Shown: positions 1 to 8,320 of the stretch, in pieces | How positions within the stretch are numbered: position 1 is the first letter of the stretch | How the letters are laid out: every line of letters begins with the position of its first letter | Origin: a virus | Virus record (IMG/VR): IMGVR_UViG_3300048014_000353 | Span: 1-64,000 of that record | Direction: 5' to 3' (one strand) | Length of the DNA: 64,000 nucleotides | The notes under the pieces: model-generated | Told to the model about the DNA's origin: nothing | The model's input: the letters and a program-made list of their open reading frames with translations, nothing else | Database searches by the model: none | Position numbers and translations under genes: made by a program

Positions 1-962
1 GCGGGGGCGACGAGGGGGGGCGCCGGCGCGCGCGTGCGCGTGACTTCGCCCGTCTCCGGATCGATGTGCTCGATCTCCACGCCGCCGTCGTCCTCGTCCT
101 CCTCCACCGCGTGCTTGCCCACGGGCGGAGGGGCGACCTTGCTGACCCCCGCCGGCGCCTTGGCCTCGCCGTAGAGCCCCATCATCCCGCCGAGGAGCGC
201 GTCGGCGCGCTTTGCCGCGAACATCGCGCGGAGGCCGGGGTCGTTCGACGCGCCCGTAAAGACCAGCTTCGCGACCGCAAAGGGGCGCTCCAACTCGTGG
301 GGAGCGTAGGAGGTGCGGACCCCGATCGAGCGGATGGCGCGGTTCCGAGCCTTGGTCTCGGCGTGGGAGACGATGTGCCGACGGAGCTCGCGAATCTGAG
401 CTTCGGGCGATCGGGGCTCGTAGCCACGGCTGCCGCCCCGCTTCCAGTTCGCGACCTTCTCCCGGTAGCGCGCCCAGAGTGACTCGATCTCGTCCGACCC
501 CTCGCGGAGGTCGAGTTCCTTGTGGTCGCCGATCTCGCGCGGCACCCCGTCGAAGTCCCGCACGTATCCCACCGCCCGGAACAGGCAGTAGCGAGGGTCA
601 CTCCCGTCGTCGACCCGCCCGCTCGCCCGCACGTCCCATGACACCCCTGCGGCGGCGGCGATGCGCTCGAGAGCGGTCTTGCTGAGGCCCAGCTGTCCGC
701 CCCCAGGGGCGTTGCCGTCGCCCGTGACCGGGTAGGTCTCGTGCTCGACGTCCAGGTACACCACCGACAGCGCGACCTCGCAGCCGTCCGGGAGCTTGCC
801 GCACGAGCGCATCGGGCTGACGAGGTGACACTCCGTCGCGGCGCGCGCGAGCATGTCGCTCACACGCGAGGCACTACGGTAGGTCCCGGAGAACGACGGG
901 CGAGCCTTCGCCAGCGCGGCGGTCTGGGTGTGCGGATTCGGTCCTTTGGAGTGTGCGCTCAT
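1..962 (-). CDS. Phage single-strand annealing/recombination-type protein (partial, runs off the left edge)
   Basis: Translated by hand (absent from the ORF track because no stop lies in the window): MSAHSKGPNP...LGLSKTALERIAAAAGVSW...HAETKARNRAIRSIGVRTSY...acidic tail with DPETGEV. The acidic DPETGE tail is typical of phage SSAPs; family assignment is by recall only. Confidence 0.5.
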   Translation of the reverse strand, partial: MSAHSKGPNPHTQTAALAKARPSFSGTYRSASRVSDMLARAATECHLVSPMRSCGKLPDGCEVALSVVYLDVEHETYPVTGDGNAPGGGQLGLSKTALERIAAAAGVSWDVRASGRVDDGSDPRYCLFRAVGYVRDFDGVPREIGDHKELDLREGSDEIESLWARYREKVANWKRGGSRGYEPRSPEAQIRELRRHIVSHAETKARNRAIRSIGVRTSYAPHELERPFAVAKLVFTGASNDPGLRAMFAAKRADALLGGMMGLYGEAKAPAGVSKVAPPPVGKHAVEEDEDDGGVEIEHIDPETGEVTRTRAPAPPLVAP

Positions 963-1044
963 GATTCGTTGATTCTAGCAAAGTTCAGACAGTGCGCAAC
1001 AAAAATGACTCGAAAAAGAGTCAGACCGAACACGCGAACGCGGC

Positions 1045-1428
1045 TCACGTGCAGGAGTCGAGCGACGTCGGGGTGGGCCCAGCGACATGGACGATGCGGA
1101 GGCGCGCCGCCATCGCGGCGAGTCGCGCGGGGCTCGCGAGTCCGTCCTCCACGATCGCGACCTCCGCCTCAAGCCAGGAGAGCAGCGCGCGGAGATCCTC
1201 CGATCTCGGCCCGTGACGGGACCTCTCCGCCAAGTGCGCCTCGAGCTCGGTCCCGAAGCGCGCGACCGCCGACAGCGCGCTCGCGCGCACCACGCGGTAC
1301 GCCGTCCCGACTTCGGCCCCCTGGAGACGCTGCTCGGCAACGACCGCCACCGCTCCGAGCTTGACCGAAGCCTCGGACTGGAGAGCCGCAAGCCGACTCG
1401 AAATCGTTCCGCCTACCACGCTGCCCAC
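1045..1428 (-). CDS. Hypothetical protein
   Basis: 127-aa ORF, helical Ala/Leu-rich, located downstream of two operator copies (1453, 1482). Confidence 0.45.
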   Translation of the reverse strand: MGSVVGGTISSRLAALQSEASVKLGAVAVVAEQRLQGAEVGTAYRVVRASALSAVARFGTELEAHLAERSRHGPRSEDLRALLSWLEAEVAIVEDGLASPARLAAMAARLRIVHVAGPTPTSLDSCT

Positions 1429-1536
1429 CCTTTCGTCACGTCGGGAAAAAGCCGACTAGCGTACTAGTCGGACGCTAACGCTGACTCGCAAACGAGTCAA
1501 TGACGGAATGAGAAAGAGCGCGGACCTTGATCTAGA

Positions 1537-2034
1537 TCACGCTCTGACGATATGTATGACTTTGTCGTTACGTTCGTCGTTTCGAACGTAGGAGACGCCC
1601 GAGTCCTCAGAAACTTGCCGCGCTCGCGCGGCCGCCGTATCCACCGACACGTGCATGGTGCGCGCAAGCTCTTCGACCGTGAGCTGTCGGTCCCCGCAGT
1701 ACAAGCGCACGGCGAAGTCCGGAACGCAGATCGCCGCCGAGAGCGCTGCCTTGGTAACTTCCGGCTCGCAGCCGATCGTCGCCAAGTACCACTCGGCGAT
1801 TGCGTCGGCGCACCCCTTTACGACGGCCGCCCCGGGCCCGAAGTCGGCCACATAGAGTTTCCAGGTTGTTCCTGAGACGGCATGAAAGGTGCGATATGAT
1901 GGGATGGAACGTACATTCTCATTCCCAAATATGCCGCAGGCGATCCGGACGACACTCCGGGGCGTTCCCACCCGATAGCCGACCCTCTCGTAGATGCGCG
2001 CCACATGACCCTCAAGGCACGATCCCCCACCCAC
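1537..2034 (-). CDS. ImmA/IrrE-like (peptidase M78 fold) protein lacking the HExxH motif
   Basis: ADAIAEWYL aligns to AHELxHW, AALSAAICVP to ANxFAAALLMP and EELARTMHVSVDTAAAR to ELAxxFxVS...R. It lies directly downstream of the repressor-like gene. Confidence 0.6.
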   Translation of the reverse strand: MGGGSCLEGHVARIYERVGYRVGTPRSVVRIACGIFGNENVRSIPSYRTFHAVSGTTWKLYVADFGPGAAVVKGCADAIAEWYLATIGCEPEVTKAALSAAICVPDFAVRLYCGDRQLTVEELARTMHVSVDTAAARARQVSEDSGVSYVRNDERNDKVIHIVRA

Positions 2035-2153
2035 ATCACCCTCCCGCCCACACCATTCATCAACCAGCCGCGATGTGATCCGGCAAGCGTGTCAGGAATG
2101 ATCTTCGTGCGCAAGAGGTAGCTCTACTGACGCACGTCATCGCGCCGCGGCAT

Positions 2154-2852
2154 TTAGCGTCTACGCGTGCGAATATGGCCCGATTTGCGTGACGATTTCT
2201 CTGCTCCCGTTTGCGTCTCCATCGGTTCGAGCTTGCTGGAGCGAGAAAGGTGCTCGCCGTGCTTCTCTTCCGAGCGCGCGGCGCCCTCGGGAGGGTTCGC
2301 CGCCGCGAGCTGCCGAAGGACGGGGGTTGTGGCCAGCGCCCGCTCATTTGTGGTGGGAGCATCTACGTTGATGTAGTCCATTGCCATAGCTTCGCCGTGG
2401 GATAGCAGAGTGAGCACGCGTGTCCATTGGACACGCGTGAGAGACACGTGGGTGTCGCGCGCGAGGGCGTAGGCCGCCGACAGTAACGGAGCGCTCGGCT
2501 TCGGAAGCTCGGCGAGCGCTTCCTGGAACGCGCGGGGGATAGCGCGAGATCCCGGGCTTGTGACCGTCGCGTCACCTTCCTCGAAGAGCAGCCACTCGAT
2601 GTTGAGCATCCCGACGCCGTCGGCGTCGGCCATCTCGCGCAGCGTGCGCATGACCGCGACGATCGAATTGACCCGCGGGTTGGGGTAGCGTCCGGAGATC
2701 CAATTCCCCATCCCCGTGGGGGAGCCCAGCCCGTACTTGGCGGCGGCGCCGGCGACCGAGCGTTGCGAGCGCCCCTTCAGTACGTTGTCGATGTACCAGC
2801 CGAGTCTCTTCGGAATGGTGTCGAGGCCGGGGGGCGGAGTCGGTCGCTTCAT
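2154..2852 (-). CDS. XRE-family HTH regulator, CI/ImmR-like repressor candidate
   Basis: N-terminal HTH-like segment (SQRSVAGAAAKYGLGSPTGMGNWISGRYPNP...NIEWLLFEEG); transcribed divergently from a second HTH gene. Confidence 0.65.
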   Translation of the reverse strand: MKRPTPPPGLDTIPKRLGWYIDNVLKGRSQRSVAGAAAKYGLGSPTGMGNWISGRYPNPRVNSIVAVMRTLREMADADGVGMLNIEWLLFEEGDATVTSPGSRAIPRAFQEALAELPKPSAPLLSAAYALARDTHVSLTRVQWTRVLTLLSHGEAMAMDYINVDAPTTNERALATTPVLRQLAAANPPEGAARSEEKHGEHLSRSSKLEPMETQTGAEKSSRKSGHIRTRRR

Positions 2853-2868
2853 GTGTCGACCATCGGCG

Positions 2869-2943
2869 TGACTCGGGTACGCGTCAACGGCTCTCGCGTA
2901 TCGCGGTTGACTCGCAAACGAGTCGCGACTAGGGTGCTAGTCA
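2869..2943. promoter_or_regulatory. Three 18-bp operators between the divergent repressor genes
   Basis: TGACTCGGGTACGCGTCA (2869), TGACTCGCAAACGAGTCG (2908), CGACTAGGGTGCTAGTCA (2926). Confidence 0.8.
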
Positions 2944-2948
2944 GCAAC

Positions 2949-3263
2949 GTGGCCAAGCGGACAAGTGCAGATGGGCAGGACATCGGACGTCGCATCGAGC
3001 GGCTCGTGGCGATGGCCGAGCCGGCGCTGTCGTGGCGCGAGCTCGACCGCCTCGCCGGGCTGAGCGCGAGCCACTCGCGGGCGATTCGAGCCGAGGGATG
3101 GAGGCCGGAGGCCGGAACGTTGGCGGTCATTGCAGGCGTGTTTGGAGTGACAATGGACTGGCTTTTCTCGGGGAATGGAGAAGAGCCGGCGCCCGACGCG
3201 GTATCGGTGGCGGTCGCGAAGGCGCGCGCCGACAAGTCGCAAACGGAGGCGCGTCGCTCATGA
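2949..3263 (+). CDS. XRE-family HTH regulator, Cro-like
   Basis: GTG start at 2949; IGRRIERL...LSWRELDRLAGLSASHSRAIR...LAVIAGVFGVTMDWLFSGNG is a classic XRE HTH. Confidence 0.8.
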   Translation: MAKRTSADGQDIGRRIERLVAMAEPALSWRELDRLAGLSASHSRAIRAEGWRPEAGTLAVIAGVFGVTMDWLFSGNGEEPAPDAVSVAVAKARADKSQTEARRS

Positions 3264-3427
3264 CCCTCATGAGCGTGAGCGTGGACCACTTCGCTAAGTT
3301 CGCAAGTCGGGCACATCAGAATTCTCTGGACTCGAAGCCAGCGCCGAGGGTGAATCCCACTCTCCCCCCCCGAGGGGCCCAGCGTTCGGCGTTGGCTTCG
3401 AGGCCTGAGCGCTACCGCTTTTGCGGA

Positions 3428-3477
3428 CGACTCGGATACGCGTCGCCGGTTTCGGCGCATGACGCGTATCCGAGTCG
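3428..3477. promoter_or_regulatory. Inverted pair of 18-bp operators upstream of xis
   Basis: CGACTCGGATACGCGTCG (3428) and TGACGCGTATCCGAGTCG (3460). Confidence 0.7.
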
Positions 3478-3501
3478 CGTCCCAGGCGAGGGGGTCCGTT
3501 C

Positions 3502-3987
3502 ATGAGCGATTTGCCGAAAGTCGCCCCCGCGGTCATGAAAACCGAGGCGGCGGCCGCCTACTGCTCGATGACGGAGACCGGTCTGCGGAAGGCCAGAGAG
3601 CGCGGGTACGTCCGCGGGGCGCGCCGGGGGGGGAAAGGTCACCTCGTCTTCCGAAAAGAAGACCTCGATGCGTTTCTGAACGGAGAGTCCAATGGCCGAA
3701 TGGGTGAAGCGGTGGGGGTACGAGGTCTCGGCCAAGAGGGTACGGGAGGGGATCTACCGGCTCCGCAGCGGCGGCTATCTCGTACGCGGTCGGCTGACGA
3801 ACGAGGAGACGGGTCGTCGCAAGACGGTGATCAAGGCCTTGCCGGACGCAAGCCTCGCCGAGGCGACGGGCTACCGCGTCGAGGCGATGTCGGTCGTTCG
3901 CGAACGGGTGCGGGGGACGCAGCCGGAGACGATGCGGCTCGACGCGTACGCGACATCGCTCTTCGAGCGCAAGGTCAAGAACGGTGA
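3502..3987 (+). CDS. xis: Excisionase-like HTH protein (N-terminal ~60 aa; ORF tail overlaps int)
   Basis: MKTEAAAAYCSMTETGLRKARERGYVRGARRGGKGHLVFRKEDLDAFL matches the MerR/HTH_17 Xis pattern; lies just upstream of the integrase. Confidence 0.7.
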   Translation: MSDLPKVAPAVMKTEAAAAYCSMTETGLRKARERGYVRGARRGGKGHLVFRKEDLDAFLNGESNGRMGEAVGVRGLGQEGTGGDLPAPQRRLSRTRSADERGDGSSQDGDQGLAGRKPRRGDGLPRRGDVGRSRTGAGDAAGDDAARRVRDIALRAQGQER

Positions 3988-5041
3988 CCTGAAGAGCGCC
4001 AAGTCCATTGAGCGCTGGGAGGATACGCTCACCCAGCACCTGTTCCCCGCGCTCGGTCGGCATCTCATTCACGAGCTTCGCTACGCCCACATCGAGAAGG
4101 CCAAGGACGGTTGGGCGCGACGCATGAACGCGGACCCCAAGAAGATCCGGATGTACATCGACTCCCGCGGCAAGGAGCGGAAGGGTAGGGAGCGCATCTC
4201 GCCACGGACCGCCAACGGGTGGCTCTCGATCCTCCGGGTCATCACCAAGCAGATGACCGCCGAGTACGAGCTCGGCGTCGACCCGGCCGCCGCGGTCCGT
4301 GACTTCGACACGTCGACGTCGCCCACCTACACCGACGAGGAGCCGAACTCGCTCCTTCCCAACGTCGCGCACGACTTCCTCGCCACGATGAAGCGGGAGC
4401 ACCCCGGGCACTACGCGATGACCCTCGTCGGGTTTCTCACCGGGCTGCGCCCCTCGTCGCTCCGCCCCCTCCGTCGGAAGGAGGACGTGCTCTGGGACGA
4501 GAACGCGATCCTCGTCCGCCGGTCGAACGCGATGGGCAATGCCATCATGGAGAAGACGAAGACCGGAAAGCGTCAGCGCATCGAGCTGCCGCCGCACGTG
4601 CTCGAAGTCCTCCGGTGGCACCTCGATCGCCTGGACGACGCAGCCGCGCGCAAGAACGCGACCGCGACTGACCGGGCGATGGCGGAGAGCGCCTACCTGT
4701 TCCCGAGCGAGACCGGCGGGATGCGATCGCGCTCTGTGCTCGACAAGCCGTTCCGGTCGGTCGCAACCGCGCTCGACCTGAAGTTCAAGGTGACCCCCAA
4801 GGGGATGCGCCGCACGTTCCAAGATCTCGCGCGCGCCGCCGGCGTCGCCGACCTCGTCACGCGCTCCATCAGCGGTCACGCCACCGAGACCATGCAGCAG
4901 CACTACTCGACCGTCGCCGCCGACGAGATGCGGAACGGCATCGGGAAGATTCTGACCCTCGCTCTTGGCCCAAAAACGGGGTCCACAAAGGGTGCGAACG
5001 GGGGTGCGAAGAATTCGGAGACCACGAACGATGAAGCCTAA
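3692..5041 (+). CDS. int: Tyrosine recombinase/integrase
   Basis: TGLRPSS (catalytic R), PKGMRRTF (H/KxxR), SGHATETMQQHY (H and catalytic Y); GGAG ribosome-binding site before the ATG. Confidence 0.92.
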   Translation: MAEWVKRWGYEVSAKRVREGIYRLRSGGYLVRGRLTNEETGRRKTVIKALPDASLAEATGYRVEAMSVVRERVRGTQPETMRLDAYATSLFERKVKNGDLKSAKSIERWEDTLTQHLFPALGRHLIHELRYAHIEKAKDGWARRMNADPKKIRMYIDSRGKERKGRERISPRTANGWLSILRVITKQMTAEYELGVDPAAAVRDFDTSTSPTYTDEEPNSLLPNVAHDFLATMKREHPGHYAMTLVGFLTGLRPSSLRPLRRKEDVLWDENAILVRRSNAMGNAIMEKTKTGKRQRIELPPHVLEVLRWHLDRLDDAAARKNATATDRAMAESAYLFPSETGGMRSRSVLDKPFRSVATALDLKFKVTPKGMRRTFQDLARAAGVADLVTRSISGHATETMQQHYSTVAADEMRNGIGKILTLALGPKTGSTKGANGGAKNSETTNDEA

Positions 5042-5206
5042 AACAAGAGCGGGAGAAGGGATTCGAACCCTCGACGTCCACCTTGGCAAGGTGGCACTAG
5101 ACAACGGAACACTGGGAAAATCGCGGGAAAGCTCACGAAAGGAGCGACCAGGAGACCCCCAAAGTGACCCAGAGAGACGGGTCAGGGGTGCGATCAGGGG
5201 TGCGAA
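4990..5206. other. attP region: tRNA-derived core flanked by arm-type direct repeats
   Basis: GGGTGCGAACGGGGGTGCGAA (4990-5010) and CAGGGGTGCGATCAGGGGTGCGAA (5183-5206) flank the tRNA fragment; genes on both sides are phage-like. Confidence 0.75.
5047..5098 (-). tRNA. 3' half of tRNA-Gly(GCC), not a full tRNA (att core)
   Basis: Reverse complement AGTGCCACCTTGCCAAGGTGGACGTCGAGGGTTCGAATCCCTTCTCCCGCTC contains the GCC anticodon arm, T-arm and 3' acceptor strand; the 5' acceptor strand and D-arm are absent. Confidence 0.85.
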
Positions 5207-5263
5207 GGTGGGTACCGCTCGTGCCGCTGGAAGCCGGCTCCGGACGCCCTTTCGGGGAGTCCC

Positions 5264-5503
5264 GTGTCCGCCGCCTACATCGTCGCCGCAGTGCTCGCGT
5301 GCGCGGCGTTCGGGTGCACCGAGACCGTCGTGGTGTCGGCGGACGGGGATGCGATCGGCGCGTACTGCGAGGAGTGGAACGGGCCTACCCCCGTGGATTG
5401 TCTCCGCACATGTACGGACGGGTTCCGGGTGCTGAAGGTTGCGATCGGGAGGGGGCCGAGTCCCCAGGTCTTGCGGTGCCTGGGGGATGGGGGCGCCAGG
5501 TGA
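5264..5503 (+). CDS. Small putative lipoprotein
   Basis: Hydrophobic signal ending AAFGC (lipobox-like), followed by additional Cys residues. Confidence 0.45.
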   Translation: MSAAYIVAAVLACAAFGCTETVVVSADGDAIGAYCEEWNGPTPVDCLRTCTDGFRVLKVAIGRGPSPQVLRCLGDGGAR

Positions 5504-6222
5504 GCCCCGTCGCTCGCCTCGCGACTCTGCGCGAGCGGCCAATCCTCTTCAGCGCGTCGATGGTGAGAGCCATCCGCGCCGGGACCAAGACGCAGACCCG
5601 ACGGATCGTTCGCGACCAGGCCTCCGTCTCCGACGTTGCGGGCGGGGGTCTCGAGCCGACCGTCTGGTGGCCGCGCGACGGAGACCTCTTGCTGCCGTGC
5701 CCCTACGGGGCGTCCGGCGATCGACTCTGGGTGAAGGAGGCGCACGCCTTCCTCGACGGCGACTTCCGCCCCACGACGATGACGGACCGGGGCCACGTGC
5801 AGGTCAGCTACCGCGCCGACCACGCCGACCCCGTCCACGGGGACGGACCCGACAAGCTCCGCTGGCGCCCATCCATCTACATGCCCCGATGGGCTTCGCG
5901 TTTCACGCTCGAAGTCACCGACGTCCGCGTCGAGCGGCTTCAGGAGATCACGGAGGAGGACGCCCGAGCGGAGGGGGTCGCGCCCCGCGTCTTCGAGTCC
6001 TGGACGTGGTGCAACCGCGCACGCAAGCAGACCTTCGAGACGTTCGTGCCCGAGTGCGGTGACCCGGGTGCCGAGCTCCTCTACCACGACCGCCGGGAGA
6101 CCCGCTCGGCTCGGGAAGGTTTCTACTCGCTCTGGGAGACGATCAACGGCGAGCGCGCGTCTTGGGCGTCCAATCCGTGGGTGTGGGTCGTCTCGTTCAC
6201 GCGGATGGGGACGTCGCAGTGA
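5500..6222 (+). CDS. Phage ASCH/PUA-like protein
   Basis: ERPILFSASMVRAI..GTKTQTRR, CPYG..GDRLWVKE, WRPSIYMPRWASRFTLEVTDVRVERLQEITEEDARAEG, NPWVWVVSF; GTG start at 5500. Confidence 0.8.
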   Translation: MSPVARLATLRERPILFSASMVRAIRAGTKTQTRRIVRDQASVSDVAGGGLEPTVWWPRDGDLLLPCPYGASGDRLWVKEAHAFLDGDFRPTTMTDRGHVQVSYRADHADPVHGDGPDKLRWRPSIYMPRWASRFTLEVTDVRVERLQEITEEDARAEGVAPRVFESWTWCNRARKQTFETFVPECGDPGAELLYHDRRETRSAREGFYSLWETINGERASWASNPWVWVVSFTRMGTSQ

Positions 6223-6518
6223 GCGGCCTTCCGATCGCGTGGGAGATGCTCCGCCGGGAGGTGAACGGACTCCCCGGCTTCGTGGGCCAGCCCGGGGTTC
6301 GGGATCCGGATGGCCTCTGCGAGGCCTTCGACGGAGCCGGGTACGACGGCACCGGAAACTGCGACTCGGACGGGCACTACCTCTGCGTCGAGTGCTCACA
6401 CCTTTCGCCCGAGGCGCCCCGGTTCGAGGAGAACTACGGCCGCGCGGGGTCGGGCCGACCGGTCGGCCCTGGATCGAAAATGCGCGCGCGTGGGCCGCGA
6501 GCGTCCATGCGCGCGTGA
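6219..6518 (+). CDS. Hypothetical Cys-rich protein
   Basis: GTGA start/stop coupling with the upstream gene; CDSDGHYLCVEC motif. Confidence 0.5.
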   Translation: MSGLPIAWEMLRREVNGLPGFVGQPGVRDPDGLCEAFDGAGYDGTGNCDSDGHYLCVECSHLSPEAPRFEENYGRAGSGRPVGPGSKMRARGPRASMRA

Positions 6519-6536
6519 CGGGGAAGGAGGCGGTCG

Positions 6537-7499
6537 ATGGGTGAAGGTCGCGTCGAGGTCATTCGGGTCGGCGAGGTGGTCAAGCACCCGAACGCCGACT
6601 CTCTCAGCATCACCAAGGTCCACGGCGGCTACCCGTGCTGTTTTCGCACGGGAGACTTTGTGGAAGGGGATCTCGCGGTCTACATCCCCGTCGACTCGAT
6701 CGTCCCCGAGGGGGAGCGCTTTGCGTTCCTGGGTGAGCACCGGCGCATTCGCGCCAAGCGTCTGCGCGGAGTGTTCTCAATGGGGCTCCTGACGAAGGGG
6801 GAGCCTGGGTGGGTCGCGGGGCAGGACGTTGCCTCCGAGCTGGGAATCGTCCGGTACACGCCTCCGGACGATGAGGCGGTGGGTGCGAGCGATGAGCCCG
6901 ACCCCGGCCTGTTGCCGGTCTACGACGTCGAGGGTCTTCGTCGCTGGCCTGACGTTCTCGTCGAGGACGAGATCGTCCAGATCACCGAGAAGCTCCATGG
7001 CGAGTCGGCGCGTTTCGTTCACGATGGCGAGCGTCTTTGGGTTGGGTCCCGTACCCGGTTCAAGAAAGACCTTCCCGCCGTGAAGTGGTGGCAGGCCGCG
7101 CATGCGTACGGCCTCACGGCCAAGCTCGCCGAGGCACCGCATGTTGTTTTCTACGGAGAGACGCACGGCTACACCGGCGGCTTCTCGTACGGACAGAGCG
7201 GCGGATCGGTCGGGCTCCGGTTCTTCGATGCGATCGACGTGAAGTCGCGGACGTGGCTCGACGTGGGCGACTTCCACGCGCTCTGCCGGCGGTTGGGTTT
7301 GCCGACGGTCCCGGTCCTGTACACCGGTCCGTGGACGCGCGAGATCTCGCGGCTCGCCGAGGGGAATTCGACTCTCGACGCCGGCCACGTGCGCGAGGGC
7401 TTCGTCGTGCGCCCGATGAAGGAGCGTTACGACGCCATGGGGCCGGGGCGCGTGATCCTCAAGCTGCACGGCGAGGGCTTTCTCGCGCGCACGAAGTGA
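6537..7499 (+). CDS. RNA ligase, DRB0094 (Rnl5) family
   Basis: N-terminal OB-like HPNADSL and RIRAKRLRGVFSMGLL; motif I TEKLHGES; REGFVVRP; C-terminal ILKLHGEGFL. Confidence 0.88.
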   Translation: MGEGRVEVIRVGEVVKHPNADSLSITKVHGGYPCCFRTGDFVEGDLAVYIPVDSIVPEGERFAFLGEHRRIRAKRLRGVFSMGLLTKGEPGWVAGQDVASELGIVRYTPPDDEAVGASDEPDPGLLPVYDVEGLRRWPDVLVEDEIVQITEKLHGESARFVHDGERLWVGSRTRFKKDLPAVKWWQAAHAYGLTAKLAEAPHVVFYGETHGYTGGFSYGQSGGSVGLRFFDAIDVKSRTWLDVGDFHALCRRLGLPTVPVLYTGPWTREISRLAEGNSTLDAGHVREGFVVRPMKERYDAMGPGRVILKLHGEGFLARTK

Positions 7500-7514
7500 C
7501 TCGAAAACGAGTCG
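7497..7514. promoter_or_regulatory. 18-bp operator copy
   Basis: TGACTCGAAAACGAGTCG overlapping the ligase stop codon. Confidence 0.75.
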
Positions 7515-7933
7515 TACGGTTTTGACTCTGGAGGTCAATGATGATGGGTCGTCGGAGCGAAGCCATGAGCAAACGAAACGCGAACCTGAAGACCGCATGG
7601 ATCGGCCGCCGGCTCTTCGGGGTCCAGTGGGCTCCGGACGGCAAGTGGGACTGGACGTCGAACGTCGGCGATCGGCACTCGGACTATGCGTCCGTCGCGC
7701 TCTGTACGAGCGGCCCCATGCGCTTCCTTCGGATCACGCTCGGGCCGGTGGCGCTCCTCGTTTCGAGCCGACGAGGCGCCTAATGCGACCTCGCCTGCGG
7801 TCCTTGGTGGAGTGGCCGATCATCGCTTGGTGGTGGGACCACGGGCCCGCGCCTCTATGCCCGAAGTGGTGCACGTGCCGCGGCGCGCACGACATGATTG
7901 CGCGAGGTCCTTCGCCTCGCGCCGGGGAGTAGA

Positions 7934-8284
7934 ATGGACCTGAACATGTCGCGTTGGCCTTGGCGTACCTGGGACCTCCTTCAACAGATCGAGGCAGCTT
8001 CCGACGGTCGGAGCCCGGAGCAGCGCTCCGGCGTCGCGGAGCTCCGAGGGCTCGGCGTGTCGGGCGCAGACCCGCGCATCCGAGCGTTCGAGCGTCGCGG
8101 GTTCGTGGTCTGCGAGGGGTTCGGGGAGATCGTCGGCGGGGACGGCTACGGACTCACGAGGGCCGACGGCTCGCTGGTCGAGCGACCCATCTGGGTCATC
8201 ACGGCCGCTGGCCGCGCCGCGCTCCACTCGAGCGTCGGGCAGAAAGCGAAACGCGACGCCGGAATCGTCATCGATTCGCCCTAG
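7934..8284 (+). CDS. Hypothetical protein
   Basis: ATG preceded by GGGGAG; coding-like composition. Confidence 0.45.
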   Translation: MDLNMSRWPWRTWDLLQQIEAASDGRSPEQRSGVAELRGLGVSGADPRIRAFERRGFVVCEGFGEIVGGDGYGLTRADGSLVERPIWVITAAGRAALHSSVGQKAKRDAGIVIDSP

Positions 8285-8320
8285 CCGTTACTCCTTGGCG
8301 CGTGTCAGCGTCCGAGTCGC

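Noticed and set aside
3692-3987. Long overlap of the xis frame with int as programmed dual coding
   Set aside because: The tail has no recognisable features; a delayed stop in GC-rich DNA explains it.
5047-5098. Complete phage tRNA-Gly gene
   Set aside because: The 5' acceptor strand and D-arm are absent; treated as the att core.
3533-5542. 669-aa minus-strand ORF antisense to int
   Set aside because: Shadow ORF of GC-rich coding DNA with no motifs. The same applies to most long Arg/Ala/Pro-rich overlapping ORFs in the track (for example 40030-42732 and 18100-19485).
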